IMG/VR virus record: IMGVR_UViG_3300043105_000228
Length of the DNA: 64,000 bases
Direction: 5' to 3' (one strand)
Source: an uncultured virus (IMG/VR IMGVR_UViG_3300043105_000228)
Taxonomy: Duplodnaviria; Heunggongvirae; Uroviricota; Caudoviricetes
Shown here: piece after piece, positions 1 to 9,967 of the stretch
Layout: each line of letters opens with the position of its first letter
Position numbering within the stretch: the stretch's first letter is position 1
Program-made: the position numbers and the translations under genes
Notes under the pieces: generated by a model
What the model saw: only the letters and a program-made list of their open reading frames with translations
The model's database searches: none
Told to the model about the DNA's origin: nothing

Positions 1-2885
1 TCAGAATTATCTGACTCATCTTTATCTTCTGTATCATCTTTATTTTCATCTGACTTATCTTCTTCAGATTCGCTAGGTTCAGTATTATCATCAGTCTCAC
101 CCTCTTCAGTCTCTGAGTTATCAGATTCTTCAGGAGTAGTTGATGATTCCTCACCATTATTGCTCTCAGTAGTACCAGATTCATCTGTACCATTTTCTTT
201 CTCTGAATCAGTTTCACTAGAATCAGTTGGTGATTGGTCGTCATTATTGGTCTGCTCACCACTTTCATCTGGTTCAGTTGATGGGTTTTCTTCTGATTCG
301 TCCGTATTATTAGACTCGCCATCAGTATCATTCTTATCATCTTCACCTGATTCATTACCAGAAGTTTCGTCAGTCGTTTCGGTTGATTCACCGTCACCTG
401 ATGATGACCCTGTTTCACCAGATTCATCTCCTCCTTCAGTCTCTGAGTTATCAGATTCTTCAGGGTTACTTGGAGATTCTCCACCTTCACCAGATTCATC
501 TGTATTTGTACTTGGATTTTCTTCTCCAGATTCAGAACTCTCACTATTTTCATCAGTTTCAGATTCTTTATCTGAATCATCTTTTCCAGTTTCATCTGTT
601 GCATCGGTTTCTTCTTCACCTGTTCCATCGCCAGAATCTACATTTGGAGTGTTATTGCCTTCCTCTGTATTCTCACTTGGGGTTTCACCAGATGTTGATT
701 CACCATTCTCTTCGCCACCTTCAGTTCCAGAAGTTTCATCAGTATCACCAGTTGTTGGTGTTTCTGATTCACCCTCTCCACTTGATGGTTCTTTATCTTC
801 AGTATTATCAGTTTCTTCTCCTCCTTCAGGAGTATTGGTATTATCACCATTATCACCTGATTCTGGAGTATCTGTATCACTTGGCTCTTTCTCACCCTCT
901 TCAGTCTCTGATTTATCAGATTCATCAGGAGTAGTTTCTGAACCATCACCATCTCCATTTTCAGATGTATCACCGTCATCACCTTCATTACCTGATGGTG
1001 TTTCTGAGTTGTCTTCTCCATCTGTTGATGGTTCTTTATCTTCACCAGATTCAGTACCAGTATTATCTGTACCTTCACCAGTATCTGTATTTGTCTTATC
1101 ATCATCACCTGATGATTCTTTCTCATCTGTATCATTACCATCTTCACCTTCGGATTTACCAGTTTCATCAGTATCTTCACCTGTAGATGGTTGTTCGGTA
1201 TTTTCACCGTTATCGTCTTTATCTGATTCATCTCCACCTGATGGTGTTTCTGTATCAGTTCCCTTTTCTTCAGTATCTTTATTATTGTCTTCGCCTTCTC
1301 CAGTGGTATTATTATCTGAGTCACCAGATGGTGTTTCACCACCCTCTTCTGTATCAGATTTATTTGATTCTTGTCCCTGATTATCTAAATCACCTGATGA
1401 TGAATCTTTATCTTCATCACCCTTATCATCGGTACCTTTATCTATATTATCATCTGTAGAAGGCTCTCCGGAGTGAGACTCACTATCAGTGTCTTCACCC
1501 TCGGTGTCTTTGCTACCCGGCGTTGTAGATTCGCTATCAGAACTCTCACCTGTTGTGATATCACTAATCACATAGTCTGTATTAGTTGGAGGTTCATCAC
1601 CTGAGTTGTCAGGATATGGCATCTCATCAGGAATCTGCATCTTACCAAGTTTCTTAATCCAGATATCATCAGGTTTATCACCAGTTCCAGAGATGCTAGC
1701 ATCAATGTAATCAACTGTAGCAAGACCTTTCTCGATATCGTCGATATTTGTACGGTGGTCTGTTTCGGTAACTGTACCATCAGAAGCAACTCTACGAAGA
1801 ATTTCTTCCCATACTATGGTATTATCCCATTCATCACTATCTGGCTCGTAAACATCAATAACGATTCCACTAGCTGTTCCACTACCACCATTCAAAGCTT
1901 CTTTAGCACGTACCAATTCTTTCTCGAATTCTTCCTCACCCATTAAGAGTAAGATTGTAGAATCATCCAGATTAGGTAAAGCAAAATCTGGGTCTTTGGT
2001 ACACACAAATATTGACACATTGCAGCTAATAAATCCAAAATCTGGATTATCCTTCAATGCTTCATAAAGAGCTTTTCTAGTATCATCAGTTAAAAGTGCA
2101 AGTGCATCCTTAATCTTAGGAGTACTAATAGAATTAATCTTAATAGTTGCACGTACTACTCTTATTCTGTCATAGATATTAAGATAACTAAATGGGATAA
2201 ACGAAATCTCATTTGCTCTTACATATCCATTTGCTGTTATAGTATTTACAACAGCATCTGTGCTATCATACCAAGTAACGGTATAATTTACACAGACATT
2301 TGACATATCCCAACCGGGATACATATCAGTATTTGTATACATTGCTTTCTTAACTAATGCATCTTCATCAGTACCCTCATAATCAGAGTAGTAATTATCA
2401 TAAAGAGCTGTCAAATATGAAAGTAATGCACGGTCTCTTGGTCTCCCATATGCTTGGAAGAAGAATCCATTCGTCTCCTGAACAAAGCTATGCTCATCTG
2501 GGTGATTATTCTCAAGAATACCACCCTCGAGGAATGTACTACCTTCTGAATCATTGAATTTCCAATTGATAGTATCAATATTATACGACATAAAATATGC
2601 ATCTTTATAGTAGACGCATTTGTCAGACGTTGGTCTTACATATGTCTCTGTATTGGTCCTTATCAGCACATTTAGCTGGCGCATGTAATTATTAAGATGG
2701 AAATTTTCTTGTGACCAATAAACTAATTTACCATCTGTATTTCGCTTGTAAACAAGCTGACCAGTTCGTTTATCAAGCATAACCTCATCGTTTACTGCAT
2801 GCATATCTTCATGGTGTAAATAATCCAAGAATGATGCACCGAAACGCATATTGGGGGTATATACATTGACTGTATTGTTAGCCAT
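1..2885 (-). CDS. Large putative virion protein (>961 aa, runs off the left edge): folded N-terminal ~430 aa followed by a >500-aa acidic D/E/S/T/G/N low-complexity tail
   Basis: Not in the ORF track (no stop inside the window). ATG at 2885 (MANNTVNVYTPNMRFGASFLDY...) follows SD AAGGAAAGGAG and the stop of 2889..6401. I translated the N-terminal half and sampled the tail without finding a stop; the tail reads e.g. EEDKSDENKDDTEDKDESDNS. Confidence 0.85.
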   Translation of the reverse strand, partial: MANNTVNVYTPNMRFGASFLDYLHHEDMHAVNDEVMLDKRTGQLVYKRNTDGKLVYWSQENFHLNNYMRQLNVLIRTNTETYVRPTSDKCVYYKDAYFMSYNIDTINWKFNDSEGSTFLEGGILENNHPDEHSFVQETNGFFFQAYGRPRDRALLSYLTALYDNYYSDYEGTDEDALVKKAMYTNTDMYPGWDMSNVCVNYTVTWYDSTDAVVNTITANGYVRANEISFIPFSYLNIYDRIRVVRATIKINSISTPKIKDALALLTDDTRKALYEALKDNPDFGFISCNVSIFVCTKDPDFALPNLDDSTILLLMGEEEFEKELVRAKEALNGGSGTASGIVIDVYEPDSDEWDNTIVWEEILRRVASDGTVTETDHRTNIDDIEKGLATVDYIDASISGTGDKPDDIWIKKLGKMQIPDEMPYPDNSGDEPPTNTDYVISDITTGESSDSESTTPGSKDTEGEDTDSESHSGEPSTDDNIDKGTDDKGDEDKDSSSGDLDNQGQESNKSDTEEGGETPSGDSDNNTTGEGEDNNKDTEEKGTDTETPSGGDESDKDDNGENTEQPSTGEDTDETGKSEGEDGNDTDEKESSGDDDKTNTDTGEGTDNTGTESGEDKEPSTDGEDNSETPSGNEGDDGDTSENGDGDGSETTPDESDKSETEEGEKEPSDTDTPESGDNGDNTNTPEGGEETDNTEDKEPSSGEGESETPTTGDTDETSGTEGGEENGESTSGETPSENTEEGNNTPNVDSGDGTGEEETDATDETGKDDSDKESETDENSESSESGEENPSTNTDESGEGGESPSNPEESDNSETEGGDESGETGSSSGDGESTETTDETSGNESGEDDKNDTDGESNNTDESEENPSTEPDESGEQTNNDDQSPTDSSETDSEKENGTDESGTTESNNGEESSTTPEESDNSETEEGETDDNTEPSESEEDKSDENKDDTEDKDESDNS
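103..935. repeat. Dispersed ~30-nt intragenic repeat (CTTCAGTCTCTGAGTTATCAGATTCTTCAGG, encodes PEESDNSETE on the minus strand), 3 copies
   Basis: Near-identical copies at ~104-134, ~434-464 and ~899-929; a second shorter repeat GATGGTTCTTTATCTTC (EDKEPS) at ~784 and ~1027. Confidence 0.8.
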
Positions 2886-2888
2886 GCC

Positions 2889-5800
2889 TTATGTCTCCTT
2901 TCCTTGTATATTTACTATAACATCATCTGGAATAGTATAATCGTCTAATTCTAATGACGTATTGCCCAATAGGTATACATTCCAAGTATTCTTAGACTCT
3001 AATTCTTCCTCAGTTAAATCTTCATCTGATGATTCTTCATCACCTGAGATTTGTTTAGAGTAATAAGCATTATCTGGATTGAGCAATAATACATTGGTAC
3101 CAGAAGAAGTCGTTTGTACGAAATAGTCATATATAATAGGATATTTATTTTTAATCTCTTCAATAGAAAAATCCTCTCTATCAGCAGTAATAAAACGCGA
3201 TGGGATGAGTTTCCTATAGTAGAAGATTTCAAAGAAAATTGAGTAGATGTCGGCTGTCTTATCCCAAGACAACGGATCTTCGCATGTATCATTTGGGAGA
3301 ACTGGACCAGTAATATCATCAATCATATTCTGTCTAATATCTGCTGGTATAAATGGCTCCCTGATAAAATCTGAGAATGTGTAATAATTACTAAAATCAA
3401 TACCATAGTATTCCCAGTCTCTATCCTTCTCATATATCTCCAAATTGTATACAGAATGAAGACCAGCAAGTCTTACTTCCCAAGGAGATATAGGGAAAAT
3501 ATTTGTCTTATTTAATCTACGACCATTAAGATATACTTCATAATTCTTTAAGTCAAAAGGCTTATCGATATATCCTCTAAGATCAAGATAATATGACTCT
3601 AGCTTATCTACGTACATGATAAGCTGATTTCTAAATGGTGTTACATCAAATCCAAGTGTCTCACCCTTTTCTAGCTGTTGCAATAACTGCAAATCAAGTA
3701 CTCCACCAATGTAATCAGAAATCTCGTATTTATTCTTTGAGACTTGTCTACCATTAATGAATACTCTTGAATACTCATTAATCTCTTGATTATTTGGAGT
3801 TGATATCTCGACTGTAGGGTAATCCACTGTAGTCATTGTCCAACCACTAAATTCAGGTGATTTACTAATTGCAATTGTGATATTCTCACCATAAAGAGTC
3901 GTATCAAGCAAGGTGATTCTTACTTTAGTAATATCACTGTGAAGAACACCTTTATCTTCATCATCACCATCTAGCAAAGTGCTAACACCTTGTAACACTT
4001 CTGCGTATGTCTTAGGCTCATCTAGCTTAAGGATAGTAAGATGGTTATCTGTTAAATAACCGATATCCTCAATCAATTGATGATCAGATATCATGTCATT
4101 AAGTTTACCAGTATCAATATCTTTTGTAGGGTCAGGTTGACCTTCAAATGTATAATAATGACCATCAATGTCATAATACGGACCTTTGTTGGCTGTTCTT
4201 GAGCCACTTCTAGCACTGTAGAAAATTGATACTTGATTTCCGTCTACATAGTAATTATATCTATCAGATATAAACTCTACCCTGAATGCATCTTTATCTA
4301 TTCTATCATTAGTATCATCATCACCAATATAGTAATAGATATCACTTAATGTAGGTTTAATGAATTCCTTTGCAGGGAAAGACAATTCGATGCTTGGGTT
4401 CGATATATCAAATACACATGTAGTTTTAGCTTCGTATACGTGATATACCTCTATCTCGATATATGAATCCTCTGTAATATACTCTTCTGGAATATAGAAG
4501 ATATCCGAGTATTCGTAACTCAATCGGTCAAATACGCTGCAATTTAATCCGTCAACGAATATTCTTGCTGCTACTGGTGAATCAGGTTCTGCTCTCTTAA
4601 TAGGAAAAGCATAAAATCCTGCACCAAATTTTTTACCATCGGCTCTCTGAGTGCAATATCTTGCATTTAAGTCGATATCTTTAGCTGCGTATTCGTATTT
4701 AATAGCAACTTTATTCTGTTGCTTAACGTAGTCTTGCAGTATCTGCCAGTCGTCTTTTATAAATTCTTTCAGTTTAGTTATCTTATATTCTAGAGGATGC
4801 ATTTTATCTGCATATTTTCTGATATAATCCATCTCATCATAGAAGTAATCTACGATTCCATGGTTTACGATCATATCAAATACATAAGCAAATCTATCAT
4901 ATTCCTCTGGGATAATAAGTTCACTTGATTCGTAATCGTCAGTAAGATTATTGATAAACTGACTCTTACAATATTCAAAGTTGTACCCATTTGTCTCAAT
5001 GAGTTCATTGTAGAGAACTCCTGATAAATCATCTGGCACAGTCTTAGTATCTACCAACTTCTTTGTATGATATGCCGCTGCTAATCTGATAAGCGTATCT
5101 ATCTCAGTTTGTGTTGCAGTGGTTTTGCTACTCATTGCATAAGTAATGTCACCAAGGATTACTGTATTAACCACTCTCTCATAGTCCAAATGAGGAAATG
5201 TATACCTGAGGAAATGCTTCAAGAATGGATATAATTCCTTATATGATAAATCATATGGTGGAATATAGAAGTAATAAATCCTGTAATAGCTATTTGGCTC
5301 ACAATTATCAAACTGATACAAATTTGGATAGTAAACTTTCAAATTTGAATTTGGATAATGTGCTCCAGCTGGTGGTGTATAAAAATCATAATTAGTTGGC
5401 TGTGCTCTAAATATAAGGAAATTCTCTGTTGGTACAGGTAATGCATATGGTTTATTATCATTTTCATAGTCATTTATAGTAAACAACTCTGACGTATTCT
5501 CCCCATCAACAACCTTCGTCTTAATCATCTTACCCCATGCATATCCGTCATCTGCAAAGCTATCATACTTCTTTAGATAACGATAAAAATACAGACGAAT
5601 CATAACTTTGCCTGTATAATTATTAAGCATGGTTTTTGCATCAGAATCATAATGGATGTATACATCGCCATTATCATCGAAGGTTACTTCCTGTAAACCA
5701 GTTCCAAGTTTTTCGCCATCTTTGAATACAGCTGCAAAATATAATCCATCAGTTTTCTTTACAAAATTGAAATTTTGAAGATAAGACATCTTAATTCTAT

Positions 5801-6401
5801 CATATCCGGTATTTGAATAGGAGTTAACCTGTAACATACCCGTATTCGTATTTATATCGGTATAATTTGCATTATTAACAACTTGAACTGATTCCGTATG
5901 AGAGATAAACTCATACTCCCAATTCTCACTGTCAAATTTCTTGGTGTGAAGAAAATATCTATCAAAATTTGTATGGACTGTGATAAAATCATCAAAAATC
6001 TCAATTTCAAAATCTCGTAATACCTGTCCATCAAACATGATGATTGGTAAACGAGAAAATAGTGTATGATCTGAGATAATTGTGTCATATGATATTTTCG
6101 TACCATAATATTTAGATAGTCTAAATTTTTCCCTAGACTGAGTAGGAATAAGCTCAATAGGATAATTTACGCAAATGCGTTCTCTTTTATCCATATAGAA
6201 ATCGCCAAAATCACGTTCCTTGATTTTATTCCTTGTGGTGTAAAAGTATTCTTCATAACACGCCATATTACGCTGAAGTCGATACAGATATGAAAAAGAA
6301 TGGTCTAATGCCATTCTCAGTGACTTATCAGTGATATCAACATCAAATGTATTATTGGTTAAGGCGGTCTGTAAGAATTGCTGTGAATTTTTCACTACCA
6401 T
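2889..6401 (-). CDS. 1170-aa putative virion structural protein (Tyr-rich, beta-rich)
   Basis: Long ORF with SD AGGAGGAG, repeated VF(I/V/L)(N/D)G motifs typical of jumbo-phage structural proteins, late-type promoter upstream. Confidence 0.7.
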   Translation of the reverse strand: MVVKNSQQFLQTALTNNTFDVDITDKSLRMALDHSFSYLYRLQRNMACYEEYFYTTRNKIKERDFGDFYMDKRERICVNYPIELIPTQSREKFRLSKYYGTKISYDTIISDHTLFSRLPIIMFDGQVLRDFEIEIFDDFITVHTNFDRYFLHTKKFDSENWEYEFISHTESVQVVNNANYTDINTNTGMLQVNSYSNTGYDRIKMSYLQNFNFVKKTDGLYFAAVFKDGEKLGTGLQEVTFDDNGDVYIHYDSDAKTMLNNYTGKVMIRLYFYRYLKKYDSFADDGYAWGKMIKTKVVDGENTSELFTINDYENDNKPYALPVPTENFLIFRAQPTNYDFYTPPAGAHYPNSNLKVYYPNLYQFDNCEPNSYYRIYYFYIPPYDLSYKELYPFLKHFLRYTFPHLDYERVVNTVILGDITYAMSSKTTATQTEIDTLIRLAAAYHTKKLVDTKTVPDDLSGVLYNELIETNGYNFEYCKSQFINNLTDDYESSELIIPEEYDRFAYVFDMIVNHGIVDYFYDEMDYIRKYADKMHPLEYKITKLKEFIKDDWQILQDYVKQQNKVAIKYEYAAKDIDLNARYCTQRADGKKFGAGFYAFPIKRAEPDSPVAARIFVDGLNCSVFDRLSYEYSDIFYIPEEYITEDSYIEIEVYHVYEAKTTCVFDISNPSIELSFPAKEFIKPTLSDIYYYIGDDDTNDRIDKDAFRVEFISDRYNYYVDGNQVSIFYSARSGSRTANKGPYYDIDGHYYTFEGQPDPTKDIDTGKLNDMISDHQLIEDIGYLTDNHLTILKLDEPKTYAEVLQGVSTLLDGDDEDKGVLHSDITKVRITLLDTTLYGENITIAISKSPEFSGWTMTTVDYPTVEISTPNNQEINEYSRVFINGRQVSKNKYEISDYIGGVLDLQLLQQLEKGETLGFDVTPFRNQLIMYVDKLESYYLDLRGYIDKPFDLKNYEVYLNGRRLNKTNIFPISPWEVRLAGLHSVYNLEIYEKDRDWEYYGIDFSNYYTFSDFIREPFIPADIRQNMIDDITGPVLPNDTCEDPLSWDKTADIYSIFFEIFYYRKLIPSRFITADREDFSIEEIKNKYPIIYDYFVQTTSSGTNVLLLNPDNAYYSKQISGDEESSDEDLTEEELESKNTWNVYLLGNTSLELDDYTIPDDVIVNIQGKET

Positions 6402-6435
6402 AAAAATACTCCTCCTTTCCTTTTACTTTCAGTCT

Positions 6436-6491
6436 TAACACTCTGTTTTCAGTATATTTCCAAGGGAAAATACCCAGAAAACAACTAGATA
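6436..6491. promoter_or_regulatory. Divergent pair of late-type promoters AACA-N6-TA (minus 6447..6436; plus 6480..6491)
   Basis: AACA-GAGTGT-TA and AACA-ACTAGA-TA, each ~35 nt upstream of a start codon; same form as the AR9 late promoter consensus. Confidence 0.7.
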
Positions 6492-6525
6492 AGTCTATTA
6501 GCATATAGAAAGGAGATGAGATAGT

Positions 6526-7551
6526 ATGTATGACGATATCTTTAATGAGTTATTCATGGAAGATAACGATGAAATAGATGAATCTGCTGGAGATGATGTA
6601 TATGAAGAGTCAGGATTGTCTGATTCTATGATTTTCCAGAAGCTTAATGAAAGCTCATCTATAACATCTCGTATCGGTGAAATCATCAAGACAGGTGTTG
6701 TTGTAGAGAAGGAATATATCGAAGAGCAGTATTCACAAATAGCAAAAACTCATCTATCACCATTGGTAGATAAAGTTTTAGCAGCCTATGATGCAGGCGA
6801 TATCGTTCTTATATATAATAAGAAGGTACATCTCACGATTGCTTTACCATTTACTATCATGAAGATGGGTGGTAAGATGAAAGCCGTTATCTTTATTGCA
6901 GACTTTTCAGGTCTTAACAAAGAAGGTACTGCTTTAAATATTGAGATGAAAAAGCTGTATAACTTAATGGAAGCTGGATATGTTGCCCTTAAATATACAG
7001 CAAGACCAGAAGCATTTACAAGAAGTAGCACTATTGCTAAACTGACAGCTGAAATCTATGCAGAGATGGGATTAAGAATTCTCAATAGAGAATTTGCACT
7101 CTCATTGGAAAAAGATAGTCATGATATGATTAATTATGGCTTAGCACGTTTCTATCTGGAAAAGATATTCGGAATGACTTCTCCTGAGGTCATTCATTCT
7201 TATGCTGTTGGAATATGCAAGAGTCCTGATAATACAGCGATGACTTATGTTCAGGGACTGTACGATACTCATACCATTAATACGGTAGAAGAATTGATTG
7301 CATTCTTTGTTGAGTTATACCCAAAGATGGAGAAACTTACCTTCAGATATTATTTTGAAAGATGGGTTTCATCTTATGCAATAGGTGCAACATTAGCAAT
7401 TGATAATTTCACGTATCTTTATTACGTAATCACAAGCGTACTACTTGGTTCGTTTATGGTTAATAATACTGCATTAAATGACTTGGTAAAGAATGTAAAA
7501 GGAATGAAAAACTTTTACGGTGAAGTATCAAGAATAACAGGAGGTATCTAA
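6526..7551 (+). CDS. 341-aa hypothetical, probably head/virion protein with acidic N-terminal propeptide
   Basis: SD AAAGGAG; N-terminus rich in xxE-S motifs (IDESA, YEESG, LNESS). Confidence 0.7.
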   Translation: MYDDIFNELFMEDNDEIDESAGDDVYEESGLSDSMIFQKLNESSSITSRIGEIIKTGVVVEKEYIEEQYSQIAKTHLSPLVDKVLAAYDAGDIVLIYNKKVHLTIALPFTIMKMGGKMKAVIFIADFSGLNKEGTALNIEMKKLYNLMEAGYVALKYTARPEAFTRSSTIAKLTAEIYAEMGLRILNREFALSLEKDSHDMINYGLARFYLEKIFGMTSPEVIHSYAVGICKSPDNTAMTYVQGLYDTHTINTVEELIAFFVELYPKMEKLTFRYYFERWVSSYAIGATLAIDNFTYLYYVITSVLLGSFMVNNTALNDLVKNVKGMKNFYGEVSRITGGI

Positions 7552-7554
7552 TAA

Positions 7555-8502
7555 ATGAAATGTGAAACTGGTTTTGTGCTCGCTTATGATGAGAACCTCA
7601 AACGAATGATTCCTTTCTTCTTGAAGGTTCGTTCAAGCGACATAGTAAAAAATACGAGTGTTGATATTTACTCAGCACTTACCAATACATCAGGACGTTG
7701 GGACTTAACTCGACAAGAAAATGATGTAGATGGTGTCGTTTATGAGTTTACTGCCGATTGGGAAAGTGATACTGACCCTAATGGTGGTCTTACAGGCTCA
7801 AGAGTATGTAAGGGTTCATTAACCTATTACATGTATAATGATGGTAGATATGAGATACACGGGCATTTGAGAATGTGTCCTGTATCAACTGAAGAAGTTA
7901 CAAGTAATATGGACCATCATGTATATTCAGTATACTTACCGTTTGCCTTTACTGAAGAGCATCCAATGATAAGGGTTGGATGGGCATATGGTAATAGCTA
8001 CGAGTTAGCTATAGCATCTCAGGTTGATGATGCTAAGATTACTGACTTGATACTTAATTCTGGTAGTACTGACACGAATGAGTATCCATTCTTACTAAAA
8101 ATTAATGTATTCGATTCAGGTGCTGGAGCATCTGCACTCGATGCACTGAGAAAACTTGCTGACCCAGATTATAATGACTTGACAATTCATGATTATATTC
8201 AAAATGCATTCCCAGTACGAATTGATTATTGTGGATACTGGCGTGCACATGCAGCTGATGTCGATGATCCTACATCTTATGATGAGCAGTATTCTAAGGA
8301 TTATCTAACAGCATGTGATACGAATATGCTTACAAAGCCTAGTCTAATCTTAGGTGAAAATGTTGAATATCTGCCTATAGATACACCAGTACGTTGTAGC
8401 GGTTATTATACGCTTACGGGTGAAACAACATGGTTGTATGTAACACATGCAGCAACAAATATGTCAGGTTATATACCTCTTGGTGAAGTTAAGGTAAGTT
8501 AA
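7555..8502 (+). CDS. 315-aa putative virion protein with C-terminal SH3b-like domain
   Basis: C-terminal VRCSGYYT...TWLYV...SGYI resembles Firmicute SH3b cell-wall-binding domains. Confidence 0.55.
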   Translation: MKCETGFVLAYDENLKRMIPFFLKVRSSDIVKNTSVDIYSALTNTSGRWDLTRQENDVDGVVYEFTADWESDTDPNGGLTGSRVCKGSLTYYMYNDGRYEIHGHLRMCPVSTEEVTSNMDHHVYSVYLPFAFTEEHPMIRVGWAYGNSYELAIASQVDDAKITDLILNSGSTDTNEYPFLLKINVFDSGAGASALDALRKLADPDYNDLTIHDYIQNAFPVRIDYCGYWRAHAADVDDPTSYDEQYSKDYLTACDTNMLTKPSLILGENVEYLPIDTPVRCSGYYTLTGETTWLYVTHAATNMSGYIPLGEVKVS

Positions 8503-8510
8503 CAAAAGAG

Positions 8511-8547
8511 TATAGCTGGAGATTTTACCTTTTCTCCAGCTATTTTT
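8511..8547 (+). terminator. Intrinsic terminator
   Basis: ATAGCTGGAGA...TCTCCAGCTAT followed by a T-run. Confidence 0.75.
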
Positions 8548-8565
8548 ATTAGGAGGTAAGTTTTT

Positions 8566-9081
8566 ATGTTTTTAGATTTAGGAACCGTAGGTTCGAGAAA
8601 CAGCAGTGTTCAATACCGTAGTCGTAGCCTAAATGAAGCATCGGTCCAAATCCCACTTACACGAACTAAATACAATTCTTCTATGGGTAATCCATTTGGT
8701 AACATTGGAAAATCATTAACTGGTTCTCAGAGAAGAGATTTATGTAGGGTTGCAAAAGACCTGTATCTTCATCAGTTAAATGACATATTGGAAGCTGGAC
8801 TTGCAAAAGTTGATATGTCTGAATTCATGGGACATCCAAAATTTAATGGAGAGAATAAAAACTCTCTTAGCTTACTAAAAACATCTTTCAGTAGATGTGA
8901 CAAAGTAAGTAGAAATGGCGATGTTAGAGGAAATGTCGCTAGATTGACCTTCAGATTTGTAAATGATTACAAGAATATGGATGGTCAAGCAATCAAATTA
9001 AATGTACCAATAATGGTTAAATACAGAGACTCGATATCATGGGCGGTTCTAATGCCTAGTTTCGAAATCGGGGGTGAATAA
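8566..9081 (+). CDS. 171-aa hypothetical protein
   Basis: ORF with SD AGGAGG. Confidence 0.7.
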   Translation: MFLDLGTVGSRNSSVQYRSRSLNEASVQIPLTRTKYNSSMGNPFGNIGKSLTGSQRRDLCRVAKDLYLHQLNDILEAGLAKVDMSEFMGHPKFNGENKNSLSLLKTSFSRCDKVSRNGDVRGNVARLTFRFVNDYKNMDGQAIKLNVPIMVKYRDSISWAVLMPSFEIGGE

Positions 9082-9083
9082 AT

Positions 9084-9830
9084 ATGCGAGTTGATCGATT
9101 AATCAGACGATTAAAACGAGATATTGGTATATATGGTATTGCATTACCAATTGATAATGTGGATACTTTCATTACCGATATTTTGGAGGATACAACTATT
9201 CCCGTATTTTCTCTTTATGTACCAAGGTACGAAATCGTAGCTTGTGATGCAAGAGAATTTACAAGAGCAACAAACGATAGGAGTGAAGTATGTGATCTCT
9301 ATATTTTACCTGAGAGATTATTCCAAGGTAGAGAAGTTCTCTACGTAAGAAAAGTAGAATACATCTCACAGCTAGGAGATTACAGCACAAGATATCCATC
9401 TATTATTCATAATGGATACAGTGGATTTCCTATCAATAGCATGGAAAGTATAATGATGGCTAATGCCCAGAAACCTATTACAGATAATATGGTTAACCCA
9501 GTTACTTTTCATTATGAGTACCCACGAAAGCTTTATATTTATGATGATTTGGTCAGTACAAGCCTTAGAATAGAACTTGCATGTGAGCATGATACATCCA
9601 TGCAATCAATTACACCTACATCAGCAGAGTCATTTTACAAATTGGCTATTCTCGATGTAGAGGCTGGGCTGTACAATCAAATAAAGCCATATCTAGAGCA
9701 AGGTGGAGCATATGATAAAATAGAACTTAAAGTAGATGATTGGGCGGAAGCTTCAAAGAACCGCACAGATCTGCTTGACAGATGGGATGACTTATATGGA
9801 CTTGATCATGCTGGATTTGAATTCGGGTAA
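9084..9830 (+). CDS. Putative neck / head-tail connector protein (T4 gp13-like)
   Basis: N-terminal LIRRLKRDIG helix and C-terminal LAILDV...IELKVDDWAEA...LLDRW pattern reminiscent of myophage neck proteins; structural context. Confidence 0.45.
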   Translation: MRVDRLIRRLKRDIGIYGIALPIDNVDTFITDILEDTTIPVFSLYVPRYEIVACDAREFTRATNDRSEVCDLYILPERLFQGREVLYVRKVEYISQLGDYSTRYPSIIHNGYSGFPINSMESIMMANAQKPITDNMVNPVTFHYEYPRKLYIYDDLVSTSLRIELACEHDTSMQSITPTSAESFYKLAILDVEAGLYNQIKPYLEQGGAYDKIELKVDDWAEASKNRTDLLDRWDDLYGLDHAGFEFG

Positions 9831-9967
9831 TCGAGTTTATATATGGACACCCCATATCATAAGATGTGCTTTAGAATCCGAGTCTAATACTGATAATATA
9901 TCGGTATTAGACTTTTGGATTTACAAATGAATCTAGATATAATAAGAAACTAAGGAGGTGAATCGAG

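Noticed and set aside
160..1459. Plus-strand 406-aa Ser/Pro/Val-rich ORF, His/Leu-rich ORFs, and minus-strand 638..1342
   Set aside because: Antisense or alternate-frame shadows of the low-complexity acidic tail of the real minus-strand gene 1..2885; no RBS.
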